A DNA stretch of 64,000 bases. Origin: Lama glama. Its lineage: Eukaryota. Positions 12,930 to 23,670 of this stretch are shown here, piece by piece (the stretch's first letter is position 1; every line of letters begins with the position of its first letter). The notes below the pieces were generated by a model. It did no database searches, was not told where the DNA came from, and was given only the letters and a program-made list of their open reading frames with translations. The position numbers and the translations under genes are program-made. Location: the NCBI GenBank assembly GCA_028534125.1, contig CM052831.1:25048001-25112000 (forward strand). Reading direction: 5' to 3'.

Positions 12930-13730
12930 TGGATGACTTTTAACAAGACCAACCACCCCCCCCCCCGCCCAGGGAGCAAAGATCCAGGGACGAACTGGGG
13001 TAGGGGAGCGGCGGTGAGAGGAACTTTAGCGCAAAACTGTATGTATATGTGTGTTTTTCTGGGAGAGAGTCCAAAGCTATCAACGGGGTCGCTGGCTCAA
13101 ATAGTCTGAAGATCTGAATCTCGGAGACTTTTCCAGTTTGGAAACTGCAGGGCTCCGAGACAACCAAATCCAGCCCGCACCTTCCCTTCCGGCTCCCAGC
13201 AATTAGAAATCTACTGATCCAGGAATAGAGGAGATAAAGCCTTGTCTCTTGTCCCGCTGAGCCACGGTCAGGGGTTTACCTGCTCACAGGCTCTAGCCTG
13301 CGGATCCTTACGCCTCGATTCCCACCTTAGGCGAACACCAGTCTGTCATCATGGGCGCCGCCATGCTGGCAGAACAACAACTTTATTGACGGTGGCCGCC
13401 GCAGACACAGACAGGCGGGGGCGGAGTCGAAGGAGGTGGAGCGCTGCCTTGTTCCCACTCCCGGCATTCCTTGGGTCGGGGACAGCTGCATGGCAGTCCC
13501 GGTTCCGCTGTCCTGTCACAGGCTCCGTCCCCGGTCGCCAAGCCCCGCCCTTGGGCACAGTCCTCTGCCCTGCATCTGGCGTCAGCAAAACTAGGGGTCA
13601 GATTCTTACAGATGTAGCAAGCTTGTGGAAGCCATCAGTTCGGTGGCCCCAGAATAAAGTAGGCGGCACGTAGTGTAAAGACCGCTGGAGGAGTCCTGAG
13701 GCCAAAGTTCGAAGCCCATCGTAGCTACAG
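12930..13730 (-). promoter_or_regulatory. LARS2: CpG-rich housekeeping-type promoter and non-coding first exon of LARS2
   Basis: Densest CpG stretch of the window, ~1.7 kb upstream of the first coding exon. GC boxes at 13417-13426 (GGGGGCGGAG) and 13543-13550 (CCCCGCCC). YY1-like AGCATGGCGGC on minus (13367-13357). Candidate minus-strand donors AAG|GTGGGA (~13325), GGC|GTAAGG (~13311) and CAG|GTAAAC (~13279). The exact TSS cannot be determined from sequence. Confidence 0.8.
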
Positions 13731-14380
13731 CCTCCTATGGGGCTTGGGCAGGTCTCTCAACCTCTTGATCCTTAATGCACCACATGATGGTTAAAGCATC
13801 CTCCCCTGTATGCGTGATCTTGTAGCTCTGGGAGGGGTATTACCAGGCCAAGACTGGAGGTAAAGTGTACGTTTCTCACCTGCTGCATGGGCTGGGAGTC
13901 AGGAAAGCAAGATGCCAGACCACCCACTTTCCTATTTCCTTGCTACAAATATATAAATGAACCAGTGAATGAACTGCAAAGGACCTGTAGTGTTAAGGTA
14001 TACTTTTCAAAACTGTAAAACTTGTTTAAAGGAGATTTTGAAGAACACACATATGTGAGCAATCAGGAATCCCAGATTTGCTAATTGTGCAAAACTGGTT
14101 GATATCCTATAGGATAAGAAAAAGTAATGTTTGGGAGCTATCTTTTTCTACAGGGCTGAAATCAATTGTACCTCTAGCAAACAAAATTAATCCCATTACT
14201 TCTATGCTACATCTGTATTCTAAATCTTAACTTTTACAGAGCTGAACAATAGAAGACAAGCAAGTGTACACACTCCATAGCACCAGATGATCCCCAGACC
14301 GGCACTCCACCCACACACTGTATCTCTTGCCCATTTCCAAGTCTTTAACAAGGTTTCCTGATAGTTCAAAATCCAAATAC

Positions 14381-14539
14381 TTTGTTATTCAGTGTGGTCT
14401 TCAGACCAGCATCAGCCTCACTTGAGAACTTGCTAGAAATGTAGAATCTCAGGCTCCACTCCAGACCTGCTGAATTAGACTCTGCATTTTAACAAATCTA
14501 TAGGGGATTGTTAGGTGCATTGAAACTTCAGACTCACTG
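14381..14539. mobile_element. MER5A-like hAT-Charlie element
   Basis: 'agtgtggtcttcagaccagcatcagcctcacttgagaacttgctagaaatgtagaatctcaggc...tctgcattttaacaa'. Confidence 0.8.
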
Positions 14540-14659
14540 TCTTAGCATGTGAGAGTTAGAAAAGATCTTGAGAACATTCTAGTCCAGCCTGCTCATTTTC
14601 CAGATGAATAAACTGAGGCCCATCAGAGCTGTCTAGCTCAAGGTCATAGCCAGTTAGTA

Positions 14660-14960
14660 CAGTCATCCCAGGGTATCCCAGGGAGATTGGGTCCAGGACC
14701 CCGCAAGGATATCAAGATCTGAGGATGNNNNNNNNNNNNNNNNNNNNNNNNNNNNNNNNNNNNNNNNNNNNNNNNNNNNNNNNNNNNNNNNNNNNNNNNN
14801 NNNNNNNNNNNNNNNNNNNNNNNNNNNNNNNNNNNNNNNNNNNNNNNNNNNNNNNNNNNNNNNNNNNNNNNNNNNNNNNNNNNNNNNNNNNNNNNNNNNN
14901 NNTTTTCAAATATTTCCCATCTGTGGTTGGTTGCATCCCACAGATGGGGAGGGCTGACTG
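14660..14960. mobile_element. MER2-like Tigger (TcMar) MITE inserted into a MIR
   Basis: Inverted ends CAGTCATCCC.../...GGGCTGACTG with TA duplications at 14658-14659 and 14961-14962. Interior partly N. MIR sequence on both sides (14545-14657 and 14963-14995). Confidence 0.88.
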
Positions 14961-15039
14961 TAAAAGGTTTGGTATTCAAAACTGGGTCTCTAGCTTGCTA
15001 GGATAGCGTCCTTCCCAAATTGCAGAAGGAAAGGTTACT

Positions 15040-15185
15040 AAGAGCTTAGACAACTTCCAAGCCAATCCTCTCATTTCAAAGATGAGGACACTGAGGCCCA
15101 GAGATTGGATACAGCTTGCCTGCGGTCACACAGCTAGTTGATGGTAGAGCCAGGATTCTAACCCAGGTCTCCTGATTTCTCTACC
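15040..15185 (-). mobile_element. MIR/MIR3 SINE
   Basis: 'cctctcatttcaaagatgaggacactgaggcccagaga...ggtcacacagctagttgatggtagagccaggattc'. Confidence 0.8.
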
Positions 15186-15782
15186 CTGGAAATGGGATGC
15201 TTAGTTTAAATTGATATCATGGAAGCAGTGACTCTCACATTAACATACTACACAAAGCGATTTAACCTTCAGGTATGTCATATTGTATCCATACATAACA
15301 AGAGTGCCTTTTCTCTAATTTACCACCAACACTAAATTCTAAGTAGCCTCTGCCCTTATTTTGGTTCAGAATATCCCTTTCCTTTTATGAATTCAAATTA
15401 ACATTGACATTTTTAGGAGATTGTTCAAATAGAATTTTTCTAAAAGTTCACTTGCTTTACTGAAAGTTGCTATTTTTACATCAAAGAAGACAGTAGCATG
15501 AAAGCAAATCTCTTTCACTCTTAAAGAGCTTGCTACAAAGATACATTATTAAATGAAAGAGACAAGTTGCTGGGCTGTGTACAAAGTTATCCCATTTTTG
15601 ATTTTTTAAAAAGGAAAGGAAATAAATGAAATACATGAATTAGTATATACACAGAAAGAAATCTAAAAAAATACAACTCAAACTATTTCCTGTGATGATC
15701 TCTAGGGATGGGGGGGTGGTTCTATGGGCCTCCTCTCTTCATGATAGTTTCCTGTGTTACTCTTGCTTTTTCTATTAGCCTG

Positions 15783-16815
15783 TGTGGTAGGCTGAATAAT
15801 GGTCCTTAAAGATATCCACGTCCTAATCCCTGGAACCTGTGAGTGTCAGTTTAAATGGCAAAGGAAACTTTGCAATGTGATTTAAATTAAGGATCTTGAG
15901 ATGAGAAGATTATCCTGGACTATCCTGGTGGGTCCTAAATGCAGTCACAGAGAGAGGCAGAGGGAAATTTGAGACCAAACAAGAGGCAATATGACACTAA
16001 GCAAGACGCTTCCTGGCTGGTTTAGAAGATGAAAGAAGGACCATGAGCAAAGGAAAGCAAGGAATGAAGCTCTAGAAGGTGAAAAAGACAACAGTATACA
16101 TTCTCCCATATGATTCAGCAACTCCATTTCTAGGTAGATACCCAAAGGAATTGAAAGCAGGATCTTAAAGAGATACTTGCACANNNNNNNNNNNNNNNNN
16201 NNNNNNNNNNNNNNNNNNNNNNNNNNNNNNNNNNNNNNNNNNNNNNNNNNNNNNNNNNNNNNNNNNNNNNNNNNNNNNNNNNNNNNNNNNNNNNNNNNNN
16301 NNNNNNNNNNNNNNNNNNNNNNNNNNNNNNNNNNNNNNNNNNNNNNNNNNNNNNNNNNNNNNNNNNNNNNNNNNNNNNNNNNNNNNNNNNNNNNNNNNNN
16401 NNGATTCCTCTTGTATGAGGTACCTAGTTTAATTCATAAAGTCAGAAAGTAGAATGGTGGTTGCCAGGGGCAGGGAGGAGGGAGAATGGGGAGTTACTAT
16501 TTAACGGGTACAACATTTCAATTTGGGAAGATGAAAAGTTCCAGAGATGAATGATGGTGATGAATGCACAACAATGTGGATGTATGTAATGCCACTGAGC
16601 TGGACACTTAAAAATGGTTAAGATGGTAAATTTTATGATTATTTTACCACAATTTAAAAAAAGAAGGGAAAGAAAGGAAAACAGAGGGAGTATATTTCTG
16701 TTGACACTTAGATTTAGTCCCAGGGAAACTAATTTTGGATTTCTGACGTCCAGAATGATAAGAAAATAAATGTGCATTGTTTAAGGTACCAAGTGTGTGG
16801 TAATTGGTTATGCTA
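15783..16815 (+). mobile_element. MLT1D-like MaLR LTR split by an L1MB-like 3' fragment (~16092-16662)
   Basis: LTR start 'tgtggtaggctgaataatggtcc...ctaatccctggaacctgtga' and end 'aaataaatgtgcattgtttaag...tgtggtaattggttatg'. Intervening L1 3'UTR 'agaaagtagaatggtggttgccagggg...aaaaatggttaagatggtaaatttt'. Confidence 0.85.
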
Positions 16816-17264
16816 TTCAGCTTCTATGCCTTCGTATACAGGAAAATATTAAGAAGACATTTTGTTAAATAAAGAGACTGATGCCCATCAACATTTGTTT
16901 GATTTCATGCTTGATCAGGTGTGGTATGTTATTAACATTCCAATTTGGGGGTCTTCAGAAGATACTTTCCATGGCACCCTCTTGTCAAAGGAGCCTAACT
17001 CTCCAGAGTCAGACCCAAACATTAGTTGTCCCCTTTGAACAGGACTCAACCTGAAGGGCAGGTCAAGGTCAAACACGCTAGAGACCAGAGAGTCGTTAAA
17101 GAGAAGGAAAAACTTGTCTCATACTTGAGTAAGTGCTGCTAGTAGCCATGATAGTGGCCAGCCTCGTCCTATTCCATTTGTCCCTCCCTTGAATGGAGTT
17201 GCTTCTAAGGTTTTACTGAAAAGTATAACACTTACTTTTAAGTTTTTGGTAAATAAACACTCTT

Positions 17265-17705
17265 TGTAGTATCCCACCTCTAAGGTACCACCAGTACTGG
17301 TGTTCACACCCTTGTGTATCTCCTCCCACACTATGCTGAGCTGGGTTAGCATGACCAATAGAATACAGCAGACGTAAGTGTATGTGACTTTCTACAGTAA
17401 GTGTGTGTGTGTGTAGCATCACTCACTCGGATGATGGGGTGAGGGGGTACATCATGAACAAGCCTGTGAAAAGGGCTACATGGTAAGGAATTGAGGCCAT
17501 CTGCCAGCAGCCAGCTCAGTGGGCTTGGAAACAGTTCCTTCAGTCTGGTCAAGTCTTCTAAGATTGCAGCCCCTGCAAACAGCTTAATTGAAACCTCAAG
17601 GGAGACCCTGGGAAGCCACTCTCAGACACAGTGTGAGATAGAACATGTCTGTAGTTTTAAGCTGCTATGTTTGGGTATCATTTTTACTCTGCGACAGATA
17701 AATCA
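17265..17705 (+). mobile_element. MLT1F-like MaLR LTR
   Basis: 'tgaccaatagaatacagcaga', 'gaggccatctgccagcagcca', 'ttttaagctgctatgtttgggtatcatt'. Confidence 0.7.
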
Positions 17706-17719
17706 TGCACTCTATCACG

Positions 17720-17960
17720 TCAGAAGAGTTTCCTCCTATTCTCCTGTCTAGGATCCAGTCTAGGGTACCCCATGCACTAAGATACAATTCTTCTTGGTTT
17801 CCTCCAGTTGGGGACAGCCCCTCCATCTTTGTCAGCTTTGCATGACCTTGATATTTCTGAAGAGTACCGGTCAGGTATTTTGTACAAAATCCCTCCTGAT
17901 TTAATTCAAGATTTGCCGCAGACATGCCGCAGAAGTGAAGCTTGAGCCCTTCTTGGTGCA
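17720..17960 (-). mobile_element. L1MC-like 3'UTR fragment
   Basis: 'tgaccttgatatttctgaagagtaccggtcaggtattttgtacaaaatccc' matches the antisense L1MC 3' region. Confidence 0.65.
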
Positions 17961-18837
17961 TTTTTTTTTAAAGGAATAGGAAATGCATGAACATGTCTGT
18001 AAGGGAGTGAAGACTGTAAAGTCAGAGAAGGAATCAGGCAGCAAATGGAAGGAATAACCAAAGGAGAGAAGCCTGGAACGACGAGAGGGGGCAGGACGCT
18101 GAGCTCCCAGAGGTGGACCTTTACATTTTACTCTCTGTATTAAAACACTGAAATTTTTAACAAGAGACATGTGTTACTTTTGGGATTAAGAAATGAAAAA
18201 TACTTTTTTCTTTTTGCTCCAGGCTCAATCTTGTTTCAGAAATGACACTACCATTTCTTTCCATATCGCGAGAGGCTTCTACAGCAGAGGCACTTGTGAA
18301 TTTTACTTCCCTCCGAGTAGTCACTCCATGTCCTCTACAGGCCAGTGTTCAATCTTCAGCCTGAACAGCTGCACCTCCCATTCCCCGCTCTCCCCTTCCA
18401 GCTTCCCGGCATTTCCTTCTCTGGGTCCCTCCTGTCTTCGTTTTCATTCAGCCAGAGCTGCAAACACTGTAAGAGCCAGGCTCTGCGTCAGGAAATGGGT
18501 GGACAAGGAGGAAGCAAACAGGCTCCTCGACATCAGGAGACTCTCATATTCAAGTTGTTTCTCTAGTTCTCTCCATCCGGTGCCCCTGCCTTTCCTTCAT
18601 CTGTGTGCCTTTCATATTATGGGGTTTGATCTTCCAAGTTTCTCCTCTTCCCCCTTCTCCTCCTTCTCCTCATCCTCCTCCTCCTCCCCCATCCCTCTTA
18701 ATCCTTTTGGATTGTCTCTTTCTGGTCCCTCCCACGTCACCTCCTCACCCCCTTCCACCTCATCTTGCCCCACCTATTCTGTTGGAACCTACCGAGCTTC
18801 AGACACTCTGGATTAATTTGAGCACTATTTTAAAACC

Positions 18838-18892
18838 TGTAATGACCAATTTTTTTAATGTGATGACCAATTTTTTAAATGTAATGACCAAT
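18838..18892 (+). repeat. 21-bp tandem repeat, 2.6 copies (TGT(A/G)ATGACCAATTTTTT(T/A)AA)
   Basis: Units start at 18838, 18859 and 18880. Confidence 0.95.
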
Positions 18893-19020
18893 CTTTGCTG
18901 ATTCCTTTAACATCTTTGAGTTTTATTTGAACCACCGCAGCTTTACTTCTCTACCCTTTGTTCATGTTCCTTACCTCTTGCATTTTGCTCTGCACTCTCT
19001 TTGATTAATACAAAAGCCTG

Positions 19021-19109
19021 AAATAGGAAAACAAATATATGTACGTATGACGGAAATATTATGCTGACACATTGTAAATGACTATACCTCAATTTTAAAA
19101 ATATATATT
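19021..19109 (+). mobile_element. Very short L1 3'-tail insertion
   Basis: 'tatatgtacgtatgac...acacattgtaaatgactatacctcaa' flanked by a perfect 12-bp TSD tacaaaagcctg (19009-19020 and 19110-19121). Confidence 0.88.
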
Positions 19110-19649
19110 TACAAAAGCCTGCATGTCAGGATTTCCAGGAATAGGAGTCTCCATTTCTTTGACTGCTTCTTTCCTTAGTGTAAAAATAAGACCGTTTTCC
19201 CCTGCTTACCTCACTAGGTAAAGCAAACCCACTAGAAATGACCTTGAAGTGAAGAGTTATAAATAATTCCAACTTGGCATTTATTTCCATGCTTTTGTGA
19301 CCTTTCAAAAACGAAATCCTGGGCAGCCATGTACATTCTTATCTGAGCTGTCACGTTTCAGACACTGATTCAGATCCTCTGGGAACAACTTTGTCTTCCA
19401 TTATGGAGAGGAAGGCAAACCCCAAGATTCTTGTTACTATCTGGATAAAAATGCCCCAGCTGTGATAAATCACTTAAGGTACAGATAGGCTTGTCATCTT
19501 TGATTTTTTCCCCCCTCACCTATTCCTCCCTCTTTTCTGATCACTTCTCCTGGACTTCCCTTTAAAAAAAACCATCCCTCACCCCAACTCTGAGCCGTTC
19601 AGTCTTGTGAACTTGACACCTCCTCACCCCCACCCCACCCTCATCCCTG

Positions 19650-19965
19650 CCGCCAGTGCCCCAGCTCTGATGTCTGGCTTAATCCAATCCTCTCATTCCA
19701 TCCCCTGACCAAGGAAACAGTTGAGGCAGGCACGTTATCTAAGCCAGACTAACCAGAGGGAAGCATAGGACTTCTGCTGGGAACCAAGAACCCAGATTCT
19801 CTTTCCTGCTATGTGGAAATAAATATCTTAAGAATTGTAGCAGCCATCCCAGAACCAGATGGACAAGTCTTCTAAGACTGAAGGCAGGAAGCCAAGAGAG
19901 GAATTGGGTCCTGGTGCTACAGAAGGGTCTGCCAGATCAAGCCCTACCTGAAGCCAGCTGCCTCG
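19650..19965 (+). mobile_element. Old MaLR (MLT1J/K-like) LTR fragment
   Basis: 'gcagccatc', 'tgggtcctggtg...gatcaagccctacctgaagccag'. Confidence 0.5.
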
Positions 19966-20396
19966 TAATCCTTTTCCCAACTGGACCTCAACCTCTGGAC
20001 TTCTGTGTCTATCTTTGGATGGCCCAATCATAGCAAGAATCCTGGTAAGTCAGTTTAGCCAGACTCCCTTTGCCCTATGTTTGTTCCTCATCCCCCACTA
20101 TCCCCTAGGTGATGTCTGATCACGCTGGCCTGCCTTCAGCAAGAATCCTGTTAGGTTGGCTTAGCCAGACTCTTCCCTTACCCTTCATGTCTCTTATTGG
20201 TAATTTTCGATCCACTGACCCTCACTCTGCTCCTTGGCTATAAATTCTCACTTTTCCTTGTTATATTCAGAGTTAAGCCTAATCTTTCTCCCCTTCTGCA
20301 AAATCTCACTGCAGTAGTCCCTATACCTTTAGCAAAAGTCCCCCTGAATAAAGTCTGCCTCACTATTTTAACATGTGGATAATTTTTTCTTTAACA
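19965..20396 (+). mobile_element. MER31-like ERV1 solo LTR
   Basis: Duplicated 'agcaagaatcctg..(t/c)ttagccagactc' motif, TATAAA 20239-20244, AATAAA 20347-20352, ends 'ttctttaaca'. Confidence 0.75.
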
Positions 20397-20954
20397 ATTC
20401 TTGCTGATCTGAAAGTTAAGCCTAGCACTGATAGGTCAAAAGACTCATGATGACCTCGGCAAACCCAGCGTTCAAGAGGTCAGTAACCAAGAAAATGTGA
20501 GTAGATACCTTTCTGAAGAGCAATCTTGGCCTTGAGTGGCCTAGAGCAAAATCAGTACATATTTTAGGTGCCTGATATTAAAAGGTACCCATTTTGGCAT
20601 CCCATCCAGGGTACAGTTTGCTGAAAGAGACCTCTTTTGTTGACTTTTAAAATTTTAGGTTTTTCTCCCCTGAGATGCCTTACAGTTTTGAGTATATGAA
20701 AAAAACCCACTTGCAGTGACTCACACCACAATTATCCTTGGATGCAGAGACAAACCTTGGGATTTAAGCTTTTAATCTGTTCATTACAGGGGAGAAAAAA
20801 AATCCTCCCCATTGCTGCAAATCTCCTTAGGCCCTGTGATTGCTTCTAGAAAAAAATAATCCTATTTGAAGAAATACTGAATGTATAAAACAGTATTGAG
20901 TTACATTTGACCTGAGATATTCAGAATTTATTCTTTTCAGTCTAAGAGTGGGCT

Positions 20955-21250
20955 ATCAGTTCCATGTTTATCTGCAAATGTATGAAATATATCTTGTCCA
21001 TCTTTTGATGATATCTGACATTTTAATAAATAAATGTGAATAAGATCTTATAGGTCCTACACCTCTGCCATTAATTTGGGTCACACCACCTTTTGACATC
21101 TCTTGTATTCTTGCAGAGTTAATTAGTCCTTGAATTTGTATATATATATCTCTTCTCTTCCCAAGTAGACAATTAATTAAATCAACCATCACATTCCTCT
21201 GATCCTTGATCAGCAGTGTAGTTTTGTACACAGAGGATGGCAAGTTGTGT
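20955..21250 (-). mobile_element. Highly degenerate CR1/L3 reverse-transcriptase remnant
   Basis: Minus-strand peptide EMSKGGVTQINGRGVGPIRSYSHLFIKMSD resembles CR1 RT '[24 protein letters not shown]'. A frameshifted TTTGCAGAT (F-A-D of FADD) follows. Confidence 0.45.
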
Positions 21251-22011
21251 GTCATTTCCCGAGATCTAGTTTAGCGTGTTACAGCAGACGAATTGTACAG
21301 CAGACGAATAGACAAAGCATAAGCTTCAACTTCCAACTCTGCCCAATTTGTGAGGTGTAGGAGTCATGTATGGAAAGAATTTCACAAGTACTAGGCATGT
21401 GGAGGGAGCGTAGGAAGTGGTGGGCTGCTTTTAGTGGGAACGATGATGTAACAGCCCCTCAGTGCCCTGCCGTGGCTGGAAGGACTTGCCAGTACATCCT
21501 TCACCTGACAGTGGCTTCCCAGTGGCTGGTGACAAACACACCCCAAGTAGAGAGGATGCACCAAAGAGTCTCTGCTTTTCCTACTCATCCCCTTTCAGAA
21601 CAACCAGACTGTGTGTCTGAGGAGCACCTCAGAGTTCCTTCTTTCTAGCCTCTTCTCCTTCTACTCCGTCTTCATTCCCTGTGGATCCCTCCCTCTCTCC
21701 CACAGAGTTTCTAAATCCTTAAGACAAATCAGCCTTTCTCTTCCTAATACTGGTTGTCTTTCATAACAGAATTTCATGTTCTTATGCTGAATGATCTCCT
21801 ACCCACCAGGAGGGGATAGAAGGTGAAAAGAATAAAAGGGGAAAAGGGACTGAAAATCCTGATGGCTGAACAATAACAAGGATAAAATCATCAGCATCTC
21901 CAGCACCATCACCGTTGTCTGAACTCTTGGCCTGGAGCCCAGGGTGAAAGTAGGATGGGAGAGGGAGGGAAGAAAGAGGAGTTGAGCTGAGTTCAAAAGC
22001 TTGATTGACTA

Positions 22012-22135
22012 CAGGAGGAGAAGGAAGAGAGGGAAGAGGAGGAGGAGGAGGAAGAGGCTGGGCAGGAGGAGGAGGAGGCTGGGCAGGAGGAGGAGACTGA
22101 GGAGAAGGAGAAGTATGTGGAAGAGGGAGAAGGAG
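22012..22135 (+). repeat. (GGA)n-rich purine tract with a repeated gaggctgggcaggagga unit
   Basis: Direct read. It produces spurious Arg-rich and Pro-rich ORFs. Confidence 0.9.
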
Positions 22136-22699
22136 CCTTGGCATGGGGCGCAGAATGAGATATTGTCCCAGGCTCTCAGCTCAGGGTGGGGAAATGCCAT
22201 TCCAGAGTCTGCAAAGGGTTGAAAACAGAAGATGACACTACAGTGCAGTTAACAAGTCAATTGCACTACTTTGCAACCATTTAAACCGGACCGTCCTGTC
22301 CCCAGAAAAAGGAGGAGGATGCTAACAGCCTTCAACTACAGAACCCTTGTTGCAGGCCAGGTACTGTGCCAAGCTGGGTGGCAGCAAGCTGGCTATCTCA
22401 CCTCTCTAATCTTCAGGCTCTTCATCTGTAAAGAGCTAGAAGTGGTATCTACTTCATAGATTTATTGTAAGAATTCAGTGAGAGAATGCATATCAAGTGG
22501 TTAAAGGCAGTCTTTTAGGGGCAGTGGGGCTGCCCCTTCTAGAAGGTGTGGGTGGGGCAGGCATGGAGACCTTTCCAGCATGTAGATCCCGTGAAAGTGT
22601 AGCCCACTTGGTGCTGATAAATCGCAAAGAGGTTCAATACTCTTCTTCAGGTTCCATCTCCACATCATTTCCAAGGTACGGGACAGGGACATGGTCCAG

Positions 22700-22850
22700 G
22701 TTACTTAAACCTCTGTCCTCAAACATGTACATGCATATAATCACCCAGGGGTCAGAAAGTCTGGGGTAAGCCTGAGATTCCGCATTTCTAACAGGCTCCC
22801 AGGAGACGGCAATACCGCCAGCCCACAGACTGCACTGAACACAGCGAGGG
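22700..22850. mobile_element. MER5B-like hAT element
   Basis: 'gtctggggtaagcctgagattccgcatttctaacaggctcccaggaga'. Confidence 0.7.
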
Positions 22851-23030
22851 CTAACTGATAGCTTTGGTGGGACAGAGTCAATTTATAACATGAAAGCAAT
22901 GCAGAAGTTAAGGCAAGATGCATGAGCACCGATTTACTTCCTAATATTCATTCTCTTAATTTGGGGAACAAAGTCCCATCTGAATGAATGGGAAGCTTGA
23001 ATAATGAAACCTCTAATAAAAAAGAAAAAA

Positions 23031-23076
23031 GGAAGGAAGAAGGGAAGGAAGGAAGGAAGGAAGGAAGGAAGGAAGG
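23031..23076 (+). repeat. (GGAA)n microsatellite
   Basis: Direct read. Confidence 0.95.
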
Positions 23077-23394
23077 GGGATGAAATTAAATGAAAGTGAA
23101 TTACTGCTAAGGCCATACAGTAAAAGGCGGTAATAGTTGAGTGAATTTTGCCAAATAGAGATTGGTCCTATTGAACCTACTTGAATAAATACATTTAAAT
23201 CATTTGAAATTAGCCAACTGTTCACCAAATGGGGCTTCCAGAGTCCTTGGAAAAGATTTTTTTTTAAGAGTGCTTAACATCTCTCCACCCGAGTCTTGTT
23301 TACATACTAAATTTGCACAGCCGATCCAAAAGCAAAGACTAATCCCTATCAAAATAACCATGTTTCTTTTTGAATCGAACTAATCACATACGAA

Positions 23395-23670
23395 CAATTC
23401 AATTCAACCCATCAAATAACATCTGGACATCCTGTACGTGCTGAGCAGCATCTTTCACTCTGGAGATGAAGAGAGACACTGTAAGTGAGTTCTCAGAGCT
23501 CAGGGTCTAATGGTGGAGACAGACACGGAACTTTCCTGCATCTATGACAGTGGTCAGCACAGGGATGGCAGGGCACAGAGGAGGGACACATCTCAGCCTG
23601 GAGAGAAAGGAGAGGGCGCAGTGGGTATGAATCAGGAAAAGCATCCTAGAGGGGGCAATTTGAGCAGTTC
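23395..23670 (-). mobile_element. L2 3' fragment
   Basis: 'caacccatcaaataacatctggacatcctgtacgtgc...tcaggaaaagcatcctagaggggg'. Confidence 0.6.

Noticed and set aside
13242-13673. 143-aa + strand ORF across the CpG island as a divergent gene
   Set aside because: GC-rich DNA is poor in stop codons, the start is not ATG, and no product is recognisable.
18193-18816. 207-aa Ser/Pro/Phe-rich ORF
   Set aside because: Arises from pyrimidine-rich low-complexity DNA with no recognisable domain or exon structure.
21280-21309. 14-bp direct repeat tacagcagacgaat x2
   Set aside because: Simple 16-bp-period micro-duplication. It is not a CRISPR-like array, and no repeat-spacer structure occurs anywhere in this eukaryotic window.
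21782-22222. Protamine-like Arg-rich and Pro-rich ORFs
   Set aside because: Translations of the (GGA)n tract.
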